64,000 nt of DNA from a bacterium (GTDB lineage: Bacteria; Patescibacteriota; Minisyncoccia; Moranbacterales; GWC2-37-73), in NCBI GenBank assembly GCA_003251635.1, contig QKEW01000013.1:2023-66022 (forward strand). The letters run 5' to 3'. The notes beneath the pieces are model-generated. The model saw only the letters and a list, made by a program, of their open reading frames with translations. It had not been told where the DNA came from and did not search any database. Below, piece by piece: positions 48,078-57,200 of the stretch. Position 1 is the stretch's first letter; every line of letters begins with the position of its first letter. The position numbers were made by a program, and so were the translations under genes.

Positions 48078-49703
48078 ATGTCAAAAGCAATTCAAGAAAA
48101 AATTCGACAAAACTGGAAAGCTGGTTTAACTGTGTCGTTTGTTTCAATCCCGCTTTCAATATCTTTGGCGGTAGCAGCCGGAGCCACACCTTTAATGGGT
48201 GTGATCACAGCCATTTGGGCAGGGCTCATCGCTTCGTTTTTAGGTGGCAGCAATTTTAATATCTTTGGACCAACCGGAGCGCTTTCCGGAATTTTGGTGG
48301 TCTATGCGATTAAATATGGAGTTGGAATCTTGCCTTTGTTGGCGATTTTGTCGGGAATTGTAATAATTGCCATCTATCTTTTGCGCTGGGAGCGCTACAT
48401 CGTTTTTGTGCCATCCAGCGTGATTCACGGTTTTACTTTGGGTGTGGCTTTTATTATTGCTTTGGGTCAATTTAATTTTGCTTTTGGTTTGAAAAATTTG
48501 CCGTCTCATGAAAGTTTATTGGAAAATCTCAAAGAGAGTTTTATGCACCTGAACTTGATGGATTGGGGAACTTTTAGTCTTTTTGCAATCGGTTTGATTT
48601 TCTTATTTGCTTGGAAAAAGATTTTTACCAAGATTCCGGGTGTGATCGTTTTGGCTCCGGTTGGAATTTTATTGGGATTTCTTTCGCAAAAAAGCTGGAT
48701 TGGTTTGGAGTTGCAAACTTTGTTTTCAAAATTCGGAAACATTGCCGAAAATTTTTGGTCATTGCCAACTATTTCCTTTAACTTGAGTCAGGATTTGGTA
48801 ATAGGGGCTTTGGTGGTAGCTTTGGTAGCTATTTTGGAAACTTTGCTTTCAGCCAAGATTGCTGATGGAATGACCAAAACCAAACACAATACTCGCAAAG
48901 AGGTTTTGGCGGTTGGTGCGGCTAACATTACTTCTGGAGTTTTTGGGGGAATTCCGGCCACTGCCGCTTTGGCGCGAACCGCTTTGAATATTAAAAGTGG
49001 TGCTAACGATAAAATGTCAGCCACCATTAATTCGATTTTTGTGTTTTTAATTTCAGCTTTGTTGCTTTTTGTTTTCAAATATTTACCTTTGGCAGTAGTG
49101 GCTTCGATTTTGGTTTTCACAGCTGCTCAAATGGTAGAAAAAAAGCACCTGGTGCGGATTTATCGCAACGACAAGTCAGCTTTGTTTACCGCTCTCTTGG
49201 TAGCCTTGGTTACAATTGTGGAAGATCCAATGGCTGGAATTTTGTTGGGCTCAGCAGTAGCACTTTTGATTTTTGCCAACAAAATGTCACGAGCTGAAAT
49301 TGAAATAAATCTCAATGACAAGGATAAACATTTGATCAAAAGAGTCAATGCGGCTCAATTGGTGAAAGTGAAAGATGAATGTGATATTTTGGTCTATCGT
49401 TTTGCCGGGCAGCTGACCTATGTGAACATAAATTCACATCTCAATACGATTGAAAAAATCAACGGAGAAACCAAAGCAGTTATTTTGAGTTTGCGCAACT
49501 TGTTTTTCGTGGACATGGATGGAGTGGAGGCGATTGGGGAAATGATTGAGACTTTGCAAAGAAAGAATAAACAGGTTTTTCTTTCAGCGGCTAATGGCTT
49601 GATTTATGATTCTCTCAAGAAAGAAGAATGGTTTTTGAAAATGAAAAGACGCAAATTGGTTTTCGCCAGCACGCAGGAAGCCTTGACGAAGTGTTCAGTT
49701 TAG
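48078..49703 (+). CDS. SulP-family anion transporter with a C-terminal STAS domain
   Basis: About 11 TM segments and a C-terminal STAS fold. Start at the MSKAIQEK ATG. Confidence 0.85.
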   Translation: MSKAIQEKIRQNWKAGLTVSFVSIPLSISLAVAAGATPLMGVITAIWAGLIASFLGGSNFNIFGPTGALSGILVVYAIKYGVGILPLLAILSGIVIIAIYLLRWERYIVFVPSSVIHGFTLGVAFIIALGQFNFAFGLKNLPSHESLLENLKESFMHLNLMDWGTFSLFAIGLIFLFAWKKIFTKIPGVIVLAPVGILLGFLSQKSWIGLELQTLFSKFGNIAENFWSLPTISFNLSQDLVIGALVVALVAILETLLSAKIADGMTKTKHNTRKEVLAVGAANITSGVFGGIPATAALARTALNIKSGANDKMSATINSIFVFLISALLLFVFKYLPLAVVASILVFTAAQMVEKKHLVRIYRNDKSALFTALLVALVTIVEDPMAGILLGSAVALLIFANKMSRAEIEINLNDKDKHLIKRVNAAQLVKVKDECDILVYRFAGQLTYVNINSHLNTIEKINGETKAVILSLRNLFFVDMDGVEAIGEMIETLQRKNKQVFLSAANGLIYDSLKKEEWFLKMKRRKLVFASTQEALTKCSV

Positions 49704-49796
49704 GTAATTTTGTTTTAAAAATCATTAAAAAAATCTTGCTATCCGGCAAGTTTTTTTTCTGTGTTATAATTAAAAAATAATTTTTTTGTAAAAAAT

Positions 49797-50204
49797 ATGA
49801 GCAAAGAAAAAATTTTAAATTGGTTAAAGGTGGTAAATTTGGCAATAATTGTTTTAATGTTGCCAATAATGCTTTTAATGTTGCCTTATTCAATTGGATC
49901 ATTTCAGTCAGAAAGCATTTTTAACCCGCTTCTTTTTGAGGTAATCGGTTACTTGGCGGCGGCAGTTTTTGGATTTTTGGCTTTGAAGAAAAGAATATTT
50001 TTAATTTTCAGTTTGATTGGCTGGGCATTGCTTGTAACCGGCAATTATGTTGATTCAAAAAAAGCTCAAGAAGACAATAATCAAGCTTGTCTCGAGCTTC
50101 GTCAAGATAAAAATTGCTTGGAAAAAGAGGGCGGCACGATGGATTGTCGAACTGGTGAACATGCCGGTATTTATTCGAGGATTTGCACTGGCTTGGGGAA
50201 ATAA
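49797..50204 (+). CDS. hypothetical membrane protein
   Basis: Three TM helices. No motif. Confidence 0.4.
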   Translation: MSKEKILNWLKVVNLAIIVLMLPIMLLMLPYSIGSFQSESIFNPLLFEVIGYLAAAVFGFLALKKRIFLIFSLIGWALLVTGNYVDSKKAQEDNNQACLELRQDKNCLEKEGGTMDCRTGEHAGIYSRICTGLGK

Positions 50205-50225
50205 TTTGCAAATAATATTTTTCTA

Positions 50226-51275
50226 TTAGTCTTCTAAAAATTTTTCCACCAGTTTCTCGGCTTCGTTTGGATCCGGAATCCAAATTAAGTCGGGATTTTT
50301 TTTGAGCCAAGTCATTTGGCGTTTGGCGTAGTGGATGATGTCGAAAAAAAGTTTTTCTTGCATTTTGCTTTCGGAAATTTTATCTTGTAAAAATTCAGCC
50401 AAGCGGCGATATTCCAGACCGAAAGATTCCAAACGCTGCCAAGAAATTCCGCTTTGATGTAAATTTTGCACCTCTTGAAGCATGCCCTGCTCAAATCTTT
50501 CGTCCAGGCGTTTTTGAATTTTTTCTCGCAAGACTTCTTTTGGGACATCCAAAGCTAGCTGCAAAAATTCATAGCTTTTAGTTTTTAGCTTATTGTTTTC
50601 AGGTCGGGGAACTTTTCCCAGTTTTTGGCAGATTTCCAAAGCGCGAATCAGGCGGACCTTGTTTTTTGAATCAATGGCAGCGGCTCGCTGCGGGTCGATT
50701 TTTTGCAATTGGGCAAAAAGTTGCCGGGTGTTTTTTCTATCTAAATTTTTGCGTAAATCCAAATCCGGTTTGACTTGAGGAAAATCCAAATTGTCGGTGA
50801 TGGCTTGAATCCAAAAACCAGTGCCGCCACAAATGATCGGGAGTTTTTTTCTTTGCAAAATTTCCGGGATTTTTTCCAGGGCGTATTTTTTGAAATCTGC
50901 CACGTTGAAATCCTGATCAGGATTGATGATATCAATTCCATGGTGCACAATGCCGGCAGATAGATAGCTGCCATTTTTTAGCTTATAGCTTTTAGCTTCT
51001 AGCTCATTAGACTTAGGGGTGGATTCATGCTCCACGCTCCATGCTTCACGTTTCATGCTATGTGCCCCACGCTCCACGCTACTTGAATCACGCTCGACTT
51101 TACCAGTGCCCAAATCCATTCCACGATAAATCTGGCGGCTGTCCGCCGAGATGATTTCACCATCAAATTTTTGGGCCAATTGAATGGCCAAAGTTGATTT
51201 GCCGGAAGCTGTCGGTCCGGCAATGACTAGGATTTTAGGGAGTTTGTTCATGGTTTTATTAAAGCATAAAAACAT
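50226..51275 (-). CDS. miaA: tRNA dimethylallyltransferase MiaA, carrying a roughly 40-aa in-frame insertion after the P-loop region
   Basis: GPTASGKST P-loop and DSRQIYRGMDLGTGK. The conserved HHGIDII block resumes after the inserted segment. Confidence 0.9.
   Translation of the reverse strand: MFLCFNKTMNKLPKILVIAGPTASGKSTLAIQLAQKFDGEIISADSRQIYRGMDLGTGKVERDSSSVERGAHSMKREAWSVEHESTPKSNELEAKSYKLKNGSYLSAGIVHHGIDIINPDQDFNVADFKKYALEKIPEILQRKKLPIICGGTGFWIQAITDNLDFPQVKPDLDLRKNLDRKNTRQLFAQLQKIDPQRAAAIDSKNKVRLIRALEICQKLGKVPRPENNKLKTKSYEFLQLALDVPKEVLREKIQKRLDERFEQGMLQEVQNLHQSGISWQRLESFGLEYRRLAEFLQDKISESKMQEKLFFDIIHYAKRQMTWLKKNPDLIWIPDPNEAEKLVEKFLED
50958..51101. repeat. GC-rich interspersed repeat (CGCTCCACG family) inserted in-frame within miaA, preceded by TAGCTT-type short tandem repeats
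   Basis: catgctccacgctccatgc...tgccccacgctccacgct shares long identical words with the copies at 52435-52485 and 62262-62388. Confidence 0.6.
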
Positions 51276-51352
51276 TAAAATATGAAAACATCAAAGCATT
51301 AAAACACGAGAATAATAAAACATTAAAGCATGAAAGAGGGAATTTTCAAAGC

Positions 51353-51381
51353 TTGACAACCAGGCTGATTTATGCTAGAAT
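51353..51381 (+). promoter_or_regulatory. sigma70-like promoter TTGACA-17-TAGAAT upstream of the small membrane-protein gene
   Basis: Exact -35 and a good -10. About 70 nt upstream of the GGAGGT RBS. Confidence 0.45.
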
Positions 51382-51450
51382 TAAAAGTCATTATAATAAT
51401 GGCAATAACTTAAAAAAAGAATATTTTTCTAATTTTTTCTGGAGGTGTTT

Positions 51451-51747
51451 ATGGAACTGGGCTTGTTGAGCATTAACTTGTATTTAAGCGGAGTTTTTTC
51501 TTTAGGATTCTATTTGATGTTTTTATCAGTGATATCGGCTGGACTCATTGATAAAAAAGTCCATAGGCGTATGGTGATTGTGATTGTGGTTATAGCCGTG
51601 GTTTTTATTGCGATCACTTTTACAATTTTGTTGTTCCTTTTGTTTAAAAAGGAGTCTGGAATCGTAATTGTGATTTTATTGATTGGGGGTCTGATTAGCG
51701 TTTTTCATAAAAAAATCCTTTCAAACCCCAAACCCCAGTCCGAGTGA
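51451..51747 (+). CDS. small hydrophobic protein (three TM helices)
   Basis: ATG preceded by GGAGGT. The 3' end overlaps the miaB stop region convergently. Confidence 0.45.
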   Translation: MELGLLSINLYLSGVFSLGFYLMFLSVISAGLIDKKVHRRMVIVIVVIAVVFIAITFTILLFLLFKKESGIVIVILLIGGLISVFHKKILSNPKPQSE

Positions 51748-53080
51748 TTTGGGCTGGGAGGATTTGACCAACCAATGATTCAATTGAATCAGGTTGGTCA
51801 AGTTGAATACGAACATTTTTCAAAGTGCGGGTTTTGCCAAAGCAAAGCCCGCCTTTTTCTTTTTCTATCAAAACTTCCACGGTTTGATGGAGATATTTTT
51901 GATTATTTTCTCGAGCGGTTTTTTTGAGGATTTCATTGAGAAATTTTTCACGCCGAACTTTTTCCGGCTTGGAAACGTCATCAGTCATTTTCCAAGCGGC
52001 GGTTAGGGGACGCGGAGAATATTGTCCGAAAAAAACCATATCAAATCCAACCTGCTCCATGATTTGGGCAGATTGTTGAAACTGCTGCTCGCTCTCGCCG
52101 GGAAAACCGACGATGATGTCAGTAGAAATGGAAAAAAGTTTACCAGGCTTGTTTTGGGCAAAGCCTTTTTTTATTTTCTCAATCAGCTTGAGATAATCCT
52201 CAGCTTTATATTTGCGATTCATGCGCCGCAAAATTTCGTCGTCGCCGGCTTGCAGCGGCAAATGAACATTTTCGCAAACTTTCGGTAGCGACGTGATGGC
52301 TTGGATAGTTTCATCGCTCATGTCTTTGGGGTGAGAGGAAAGGAAGTAGATCCAAAAATCACCCTCCAAATCATTGACCATTTTGAGCAGCTGGGCAAAA
52401 TTAACCATTGGCTCAAGTTTTGCATTCCGAGCCATGCTTTCCGCATTTTGTGTTTCGCGCTCCACGTTTCGCGCTCCACGATAGGAATTTACATTTTGTC
52501 CCAAAAGCACGATGCTTTTGTAACCTTCGGAAACGAGGGATTTTATTTCGTCTAAAATTTCCTGAGCGGGACGGGAAATTTCACGGCCACGGGCATAGGG
52601 AACTGAGCAATAGGCGCAAAAATTGTTGCAGCCGGTCATGATGGGGACCAGGGCTTGAAATTTATTTTGGCGCCGAGGTTGAATGGAAAGATAATTTTCA
52701 ATTTTTTTCGAATCCGTGCAAGAAAGCTGAAAATTGTTTTGCAAGAATTTTTCAATCTCTTGGGGAAAGTTTTTGATCTCGGTGAAGAGGTCGGCGTTTT
52801 TGAGACGGCGATGAATGTCTTGGCGATTAGCCAAACAACCGGTGATGATGATTTTGATTTGAGGATTTTTCTTTTTGAGATTGCGAGCCAAACCAAAAAC
52901 TCGATCCTCAGCCATTTGACGGACCGAGCAAGTATTGATGATAGCCAAATCAGCTTCCAAATATTTTTCCGATCGACGAAAGCCTTTTTCTTGCAAAAAG
53001 CAGTTAATGCGCTCGCTGTCGGAAATGTTCATCTGGCAGCCGAAGGTTTTGATGAAATAGTTTTTAGATCTTGGGTTCAC
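51695..53080 (-). CDS. miaB: tRNA methylthiotransferase MiaB (radical SAM MTTase)
   Basis: UPF0004 N-terminal Cys triad. Radical SAM motif CNNFCAYCSVP, and a TRAM C-terminus. Confidence 0.85.
   Translation of the reverse strand: MNPRSKNYFIKTFGCQMNISDSERINCFLQEKGFRRSEKYLEADLAIINTCSVRQMAEDRVFGLARNLKKKNPQIKIIITGCLANRQDIHRRLKNADLFTEIKNFPQEIEKFLQNNFQLSCTDSKKIENYLSIQPRRQNKFQALVPIMTGCNNFCAYCSVPYARGREISRPAQEILDEIKSLVSEGYKSIVLLGQNVNSYRGARNVERETQNAESMARNAKLEPMVNFAQLLKMVNDLEGDFWIYFLSSHPKDMSDETIQAITSLPKVCENVHLPLQAGDDEILRRMNRKYKAEDYLKLIEKIKKGFAQNKPGKLFSISTDIIVGFPGESEQQFQQSAQIMEQVGFDMVFFGQYSPRPLTAAWKMTDDVSKPEKVRREKFLNEILKKTARENNQKYLHQTVEVLIEKEKGGLCFGKTRTLKNVRIQLDQPDSIESLVGQILPAQITRTGVWGLKGFFYEKR
52435..52485. 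repeat. short copy of the CGCTCCACG repeat family inside miaB
   Basis: tttcgcgctccacgtttcgcgctccacg. Produces about 10 extra residues (ERETQNAESMA) between conserved blocks. Confidence 0.55.
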
Positions 53081-53133
53081 AGGTTTTCGGGATTTAAAAA
53101 AGATTGAAATTTTTTTGTATTTTTTTGTTTGGA

Positions 53134-54873
53134 TTATTTTTTCTCTTTAATCTCTTTTTTAACTTTCTCCAAGAAATCTGTCAGTCCCAAAGTTTCTGGT
53201 TTTTCTTGGCCACGAACATTGACGGCGACAGTTTCGTCTTTTTCTTCTTTTTCTCCAACTACCAAAAGGTAGGGAACTTTTTGTATTTTGCTTTCGCGAA
53301 TGCGTTTGCCTAGAGACTCATCCGAGTCATTGATTTCGGTGCGAATATTGGCTTTGAGTAAATTTTTGGCGACTTTTTGGGCGTAGTCCTTGAATTTTTC
53401 GCTGACCGGTAAAACAGTGACTTGAATCGGTGAGAGCCAAAGGGGAAAGTTGCCGGCAAAATGTTCGGTTAAAATCCCAATGAATCTTTCAAATGATCCA
53501 AAGATGGCGGCGTGAATCATCACAGGCGTAGCTTTTTTTCCATCCGAGTCGACATATTCCAATTGAAATCTTTGTGGCAATTGGAAGTCCAATTGAATGG
53601 TAGCCAGTTGCCAAGAGCGTCCCAGAGCGTCATTTATGTTGATGTCGATTTTTGGTCCATAGAAAGCACCATCTTTTTCTTTGAGATCAAAAGAAATTTT
53701 TTCTTTTTGGAGGGCTTGGCGTAAATCTTCTTCAGCCTTGTCCCAAGTTTCAATTTTGCCTAAAAATTCTTCCGGTCGGGTTGAGAGGAAAAATTTCGGT
53801 TCAATGTCAAAAACTTGGTAATATTCCTTAACCATTTTTAGAAGTTGAACGATTTCATTTTCTACTTGATTTTCACTGGCGAAAATATGGGCGTCATCTT
53901 GAGTAATGGCTCGAACTCGAAAAAGTCCATTGAGCTCACCGGATTTTTCATTGCGAAACACGCGGCCAATTTCACTAAAACGAATGGGCAATTCTTTGTA
54001 GGAGTGATGACGAGCTTGATAAATCTTGATGTTGAAAGGGCAATCCATTGGTTTGAGACAATAAACGTCATTTTCAACTCCAAAAGAAAACATGTCATCT
54101 TTGTAGTGGTCCCAGTGCCCGGAAGTTTTCCAAAGAATATTTTTGGCCAATTGGGGAGTTTGGATTTCTTGACTGCCATATTTTTGGCGCAGATTTTTGC
54201 CGAATTTTTCCAGTTCATTCCAAATGACCATGCCTTTTGGATGCCAAAAGACACTACCAGGAGCTTCACTGTGAAAAGAGAAGAGATCCAGCTCTTTGCC
54301 AATTTTTTTGTGGTCTCTTTTTTGGGCTTCTTCCAATTGCCCCAGATAATTTTTCAGTTCCTTTTTATTTTCAAAAGCCACTCCATAAATTCTTTGAAGT
54401 TGAGCCTTATCGGCGTCGCCTTTCCAATAGGCGCCGGAAATTTTGGTTAGCTTAATGGCTTCGGCGTTAATTTCACCGGTTGATTCCAAATGAGGACCAG
54501 CACATAGGTCAATAAAATCACCGCATCTGTAAACTGAAACATGGGAATTATTTTCTTGGGCCAGATCTTCAATGATTTCAACTTTATAGGGCTGATCACT
54601 TTGAGAAAATTTTTCGCGAGCTTCCTGAATCGAAATTTCAGCTTTTTCGAATTCGAGATTTTGCTGGATGATTTTTTTCATTTCATTTTCCAGAAGTTCC
54701 AAATCTTCAGGAATCAAGGTGCGAGGCAATTGGAAGTCGTAGTAGAAGCCGTTTTCAATGGCTGGTCCCATGCCGAATTTGGCTTCGGGAAACATTTTCA
54801 AAACGGCCGCGGCCAGGACATGGGCAGTTGAATGGCGGATAATTTCAATTTGACTGGTTTGTTTTTTGTTCAT
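53134..54873 (-). CDS. thrS: threonyl-tRNA synthetase, lacking the N-terminal TGS domain
   Basis: Starts at the second (editing-like) domain HxxxH motif (HSTAHVLAAAV). Class II motifs 1-3 and an anticodon-binding domain are present. Confidence 0.9.
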   Translation of the reverse strand: MNKKQTSQIEIIRHSTAHVLAAAVLKMFPEAKFGMGPAIENGFYYDFQLPRTLIPEDLELLENEMKKIIQQNLEFEKAEISIQEAREKFSQSDQPYKVEIIEDLAQENNSHVSVYRCGDFIDLCAGPHLESTGEINAEAIKLTKISGAYWKGDADKAQLQRIYGVAFENKKELKNYLGQLEEAQKRDHKKIGKELDLFSFHSEAPGSVFWHPKGMVIWNELEKFGKNLRQKYGSQEIQTPQLAKNILWKTSGHWDHYKDDMFSFGVENDVYCLKPMDCPFNIKIYQARHHSYKELPIRFSEIGRVFRNEKSGELNGLFRVRAITQDDAHIFASENQVENEIVQLLKMVKEYYQVFDIEPKFFLSTRPEEFLGKIETWDKAEEDLRQALQKEKISFDLKEKDGAFYGPKIDININDALGRSWQLATIQLDFQLPQRFQLEYVDSDGKKATPVMIHAAIFGSFERFIGILTEHFAGNFPLWLSPIQVTVLPVSEKFKDYAQKVAKNLLKANIRTEINDSDESLGKRIRESKIQKVPYLLVVGEKEEKDETVAVNVRGQEKPETLGLTDFLEKVKKEIKEKK

Positions 54874-54927
54874 AGGTTTTTATAAATTCGAATTATGAGA
54901 TTAAATTTACTAAATTTTTTTATTTGG

Positions 54928-55008
54928 TTCTTTGAATATTATTTTTTAAAATTTTAAACCTTCAATTTTCAAGCGCCGGAAAAATTTTAAAAAATAATAT
55001 TCAAAGAA
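54928..55008. repeat. 28-bp perfect AT-rich inverted repeat with a 25-nt spacer, in the thrS leader
   Basis: ttctttgaatattattttttaaaatttt ... aaaattttaaaaaataatattcaaagaa are exact reverse complements. Confidence 0.85.
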
Positions 55009-55230
55009 AGCCTCTGCTATTTGATTTGTTTTGAGTTTTGGTTTTTAAATTCAAATTTTCAAACAAAAAACCCAAAAAACTTCAGAATATCGAGACCCGG
55101 TGGTGGGTGGTTCCACTCGATTTCCCAAAATTTTTTGGGCGCTTTTTGAAAGTTTTTCGCCACTTTCGGTCGAAGGCGGGAACTCAGCGGGCGGTTAATC
55201 CGCATCAAAATTCCATTTAATTGTGATTTG

Positions 55231-55259
55231 AGTATAAATAAAAATTGAAAAAAAATCAA
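55231..55259 (-). promoter_or_regulatory. candidate thrS promoter on the minus strand (TTGATT-17-TATACT), implying a leader of about 350 nt
   Basis: Hexamers read on the reverse complement. Confidence 0.35.
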
Positions 55260-55371
55260 GGTTGACTAAAAAATTTTCAATGGCACAATAAAGATATCAG
55301 AAAAAATAATAGTTTTTTAAAAATAAGCCCCTAATTCACAAAAACAATAAAAAAGGAATGGAGATTTTTTT

Positions 55372-55542
55372 ATGTCGGATATAAATCCATTTGTGATGAT
55401 TCTTATTCCATTTATCATTGAATTTTGTGTAGCCTTCAGTTTATCTTTTCTTTATTGTGTTTTAAACAAAATTTTCACTGGGACTCCAGTTGCGGAATCT
55501 TTCCAGGAGGTTAAAAATCCATTTCGCGTAAAATTATAAGTT
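55372..55542 (+). CDS. small membrane protein of about 56 aa (MSDINPFVMILIPFIIEFCVAFSLSFLYCV...)
   Basis: ATG with an upstream AGGAATGGAG. Followed by a hairpin and T-run terminator at about 55562-55600. Confidence 0.35.
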
Positions 55543-55587
55543 GTTAGAAAAAAATCCAGAGTTCCCGAGGAGAATTCCCCGGGAATT

Positions 55588-56325
55588 TTGCTTTTTCCAA
55601 ATAACTTTCATGAAAATAGATCCTGTATTTATAGATTTGACAAATTCAAGCCTTTGCACTTACAATGTAGTTTAATTTGGCAGAGAGGGAAGTTGTTTGA
55701 AATTTTTACTTGGAACAAGGAGGATGTTTTGAAAAAACAAAGAGGGCCTAAAAAACGCATAGGAAGTGGTCGAAAAAAAAATAACATTGGCGTGGGCGAT
55801 GAGTCTCGGGTGGTTTCGGTGAATTCTCAAGCCAAACTTGATTTTAACCAAAGTTCGGGAAGCTGTGGATTTTTGAATCTGCGTATCCTGATAGCCTTTT
55901 TTTATGAGTCTTCGTTTGAAAAAACCAAAAAGGCAGTTTCTTGTTATTTAGGGGAGTGGAGCGCTTTATTTCCTTGGGAGGTGAAGGGCATTTTTTCCAG
56001 CCTTGAAATTTCAACAGAGACTGGTAGTGCGAAGCGATTAACTGCTAATGAAAAAATTGAATTTTTATGTAATGAAATAAAAAGCGGCTGTCCGGTCATG
56101 TTGCTCTTGGGAGGGTGTTTCCATTGGATCAGTGTCTGGGGATATGATTCAGGTGCTAGAAAATTTATCATTTTTGATTCCAATGGAGGATTGAAGAGTT
56201 TTTCCCATCCCGTGGGCAATTGTCTGATTTCTTATGACGAATTATTGGATTTATGGAGAAGCAACCCGGTGTTTGGAAAAATTTTTCCTAAGTGGTTGAA
56301 TTGTTTTTATGTCAAATTCTCTTGA
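55588..56325 (+). CDS. Hypothetical protein, possibly a papain-like/C39-like cysteine peptidase fold (Cys in SGCPVML, His in GCFHWISVWGYD). The true start is likely the TTG after AAGGAGG near 55733
   Basis: Ordered Cys then His motifs. This call is weak. Confidence 0.45.
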   Translation: MLFPNNFHENRSCIYRFDKFKPLHLQCSLIWQRGKLFEIFTWNKEDVLKKQRGPKKRIGSGRKKNNIGVGDESRVVSVNSQAKLDFNQSSGSCGFLNLRILIAFFYESSFEKTKKAVSCYLGEWSALFPWEVKGIFSSLEISTETGSAKRLTANEKIEFLCNEIKSGCPVMLLLGGCFHWISVWGYDSGARKFIIFDSNGGLKSFSHPVGNCLISYDELLDLWRSNPVFGKIFPKWLNCFYVKFS

Positions 56326-56589
56326 AATTAAAGGTTCAGGATTAAATGTTTCTTTAGGTTGCTGAGTCTGGTTTAGAAAAATAAAAGGCTTTGGAATAAA
56401 TTTCAAGGCCTTTTTGAATCGTTAAAATTCCCTAAACCACTTCTACCTCTCCATGCAAAACTAAGGACGTGTCAGATCTGGACAAAAAACCAACTTTGTG
56501 CTTATAATATGTGTTGGCTAAGTTTCAGTAAATTAACAACTGAATATTTTTTAAGTACCAAAACTTAGTGCTAACCAAAGGAGGAGGTT

Positions 56590-57006
56590 ATGTTATTTGT
56601 CAATTATTTGCAAGTCTTGTTGGTGATGTTCGCAATTTCTTGTATTTCCGTTGCTATTGGAAGCGATAGCAATGAATTACAAGCAAAAGTACTGGCCAGA
56701 GACTCCTGGCTAGTAAAACTGGCCTGGATGTTCAAAAAAGATCCCATTCCAGAAGAGATACCAGGAATAGGTCTCATTCTTTTTGAGTTGTTTTTTACAT
56801 TAATTATTATTGGCATATTGGCTATCGTCATGCCTTTATCATTTCTAATTGGTTTTTTTGTTGCAAAAAAGCCGGAAATTAATGCTAATGCGGATATAAA
56901 GTTTTGTTATTATAAAAAATGGCCGAAATTTTTTGGCAGTTATGTTTATCCATGGCCAATATTGGTTTTTGCCTGCTTGGTTTATGCCTTGTTTGTTAAA
57001 GTGTAA
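56590..57006 (+). CDS. hypothetical membrane protein
   Basis: GGAGG RBS. Three to four TM helices. Confidence 0.5.
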   Translation: MLFVNYLQVLLVMFAISCISVAIGSDSNELQAKVLARDSWLVKLAWMFKKDPIPEEIPGIGLILFELFFTLIIIGILAIVMPLSFLIGFFVAKKPEINANADIKFCYYKKWPKFFGSYVYPWPILVFACLVYALFVKV

Positions 57007-57200
57007 GCGAGACGTATAAGTAGATTTGCAACCAAGGCCCCACTGGAAGAAACTTTCCTTTGGGGCTTTTGAATTGCTAAAATTTCCTAAACCATATATT
57101 CCCAATTCTTCTTTATGAGAATGTATTTGTTAAAACTGGAAAAATAAGTTATATTTTTGGCATAGTTCTGGATAGATTATTAAGTATTAATTTAGTCACC

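Noticed and set aside
53845-54450. A 201-aa plus-strand ORF and neighbouring plus-strand ORFs (52655-53107, 54541-54831)
   Set aside because: They are antisense to thrS and miaB, which have strong class II synthetase and radical SAM motifs. The shadow ORFs arise from codon bias
55090-55130. T-box riboswitch in the thrS leader
   Set aside because: Only a weak GGAACCACC resemblance to the T-box bulge. No specifier loop or AGGGUGGNACCGCG box could be placed. Left as unproven
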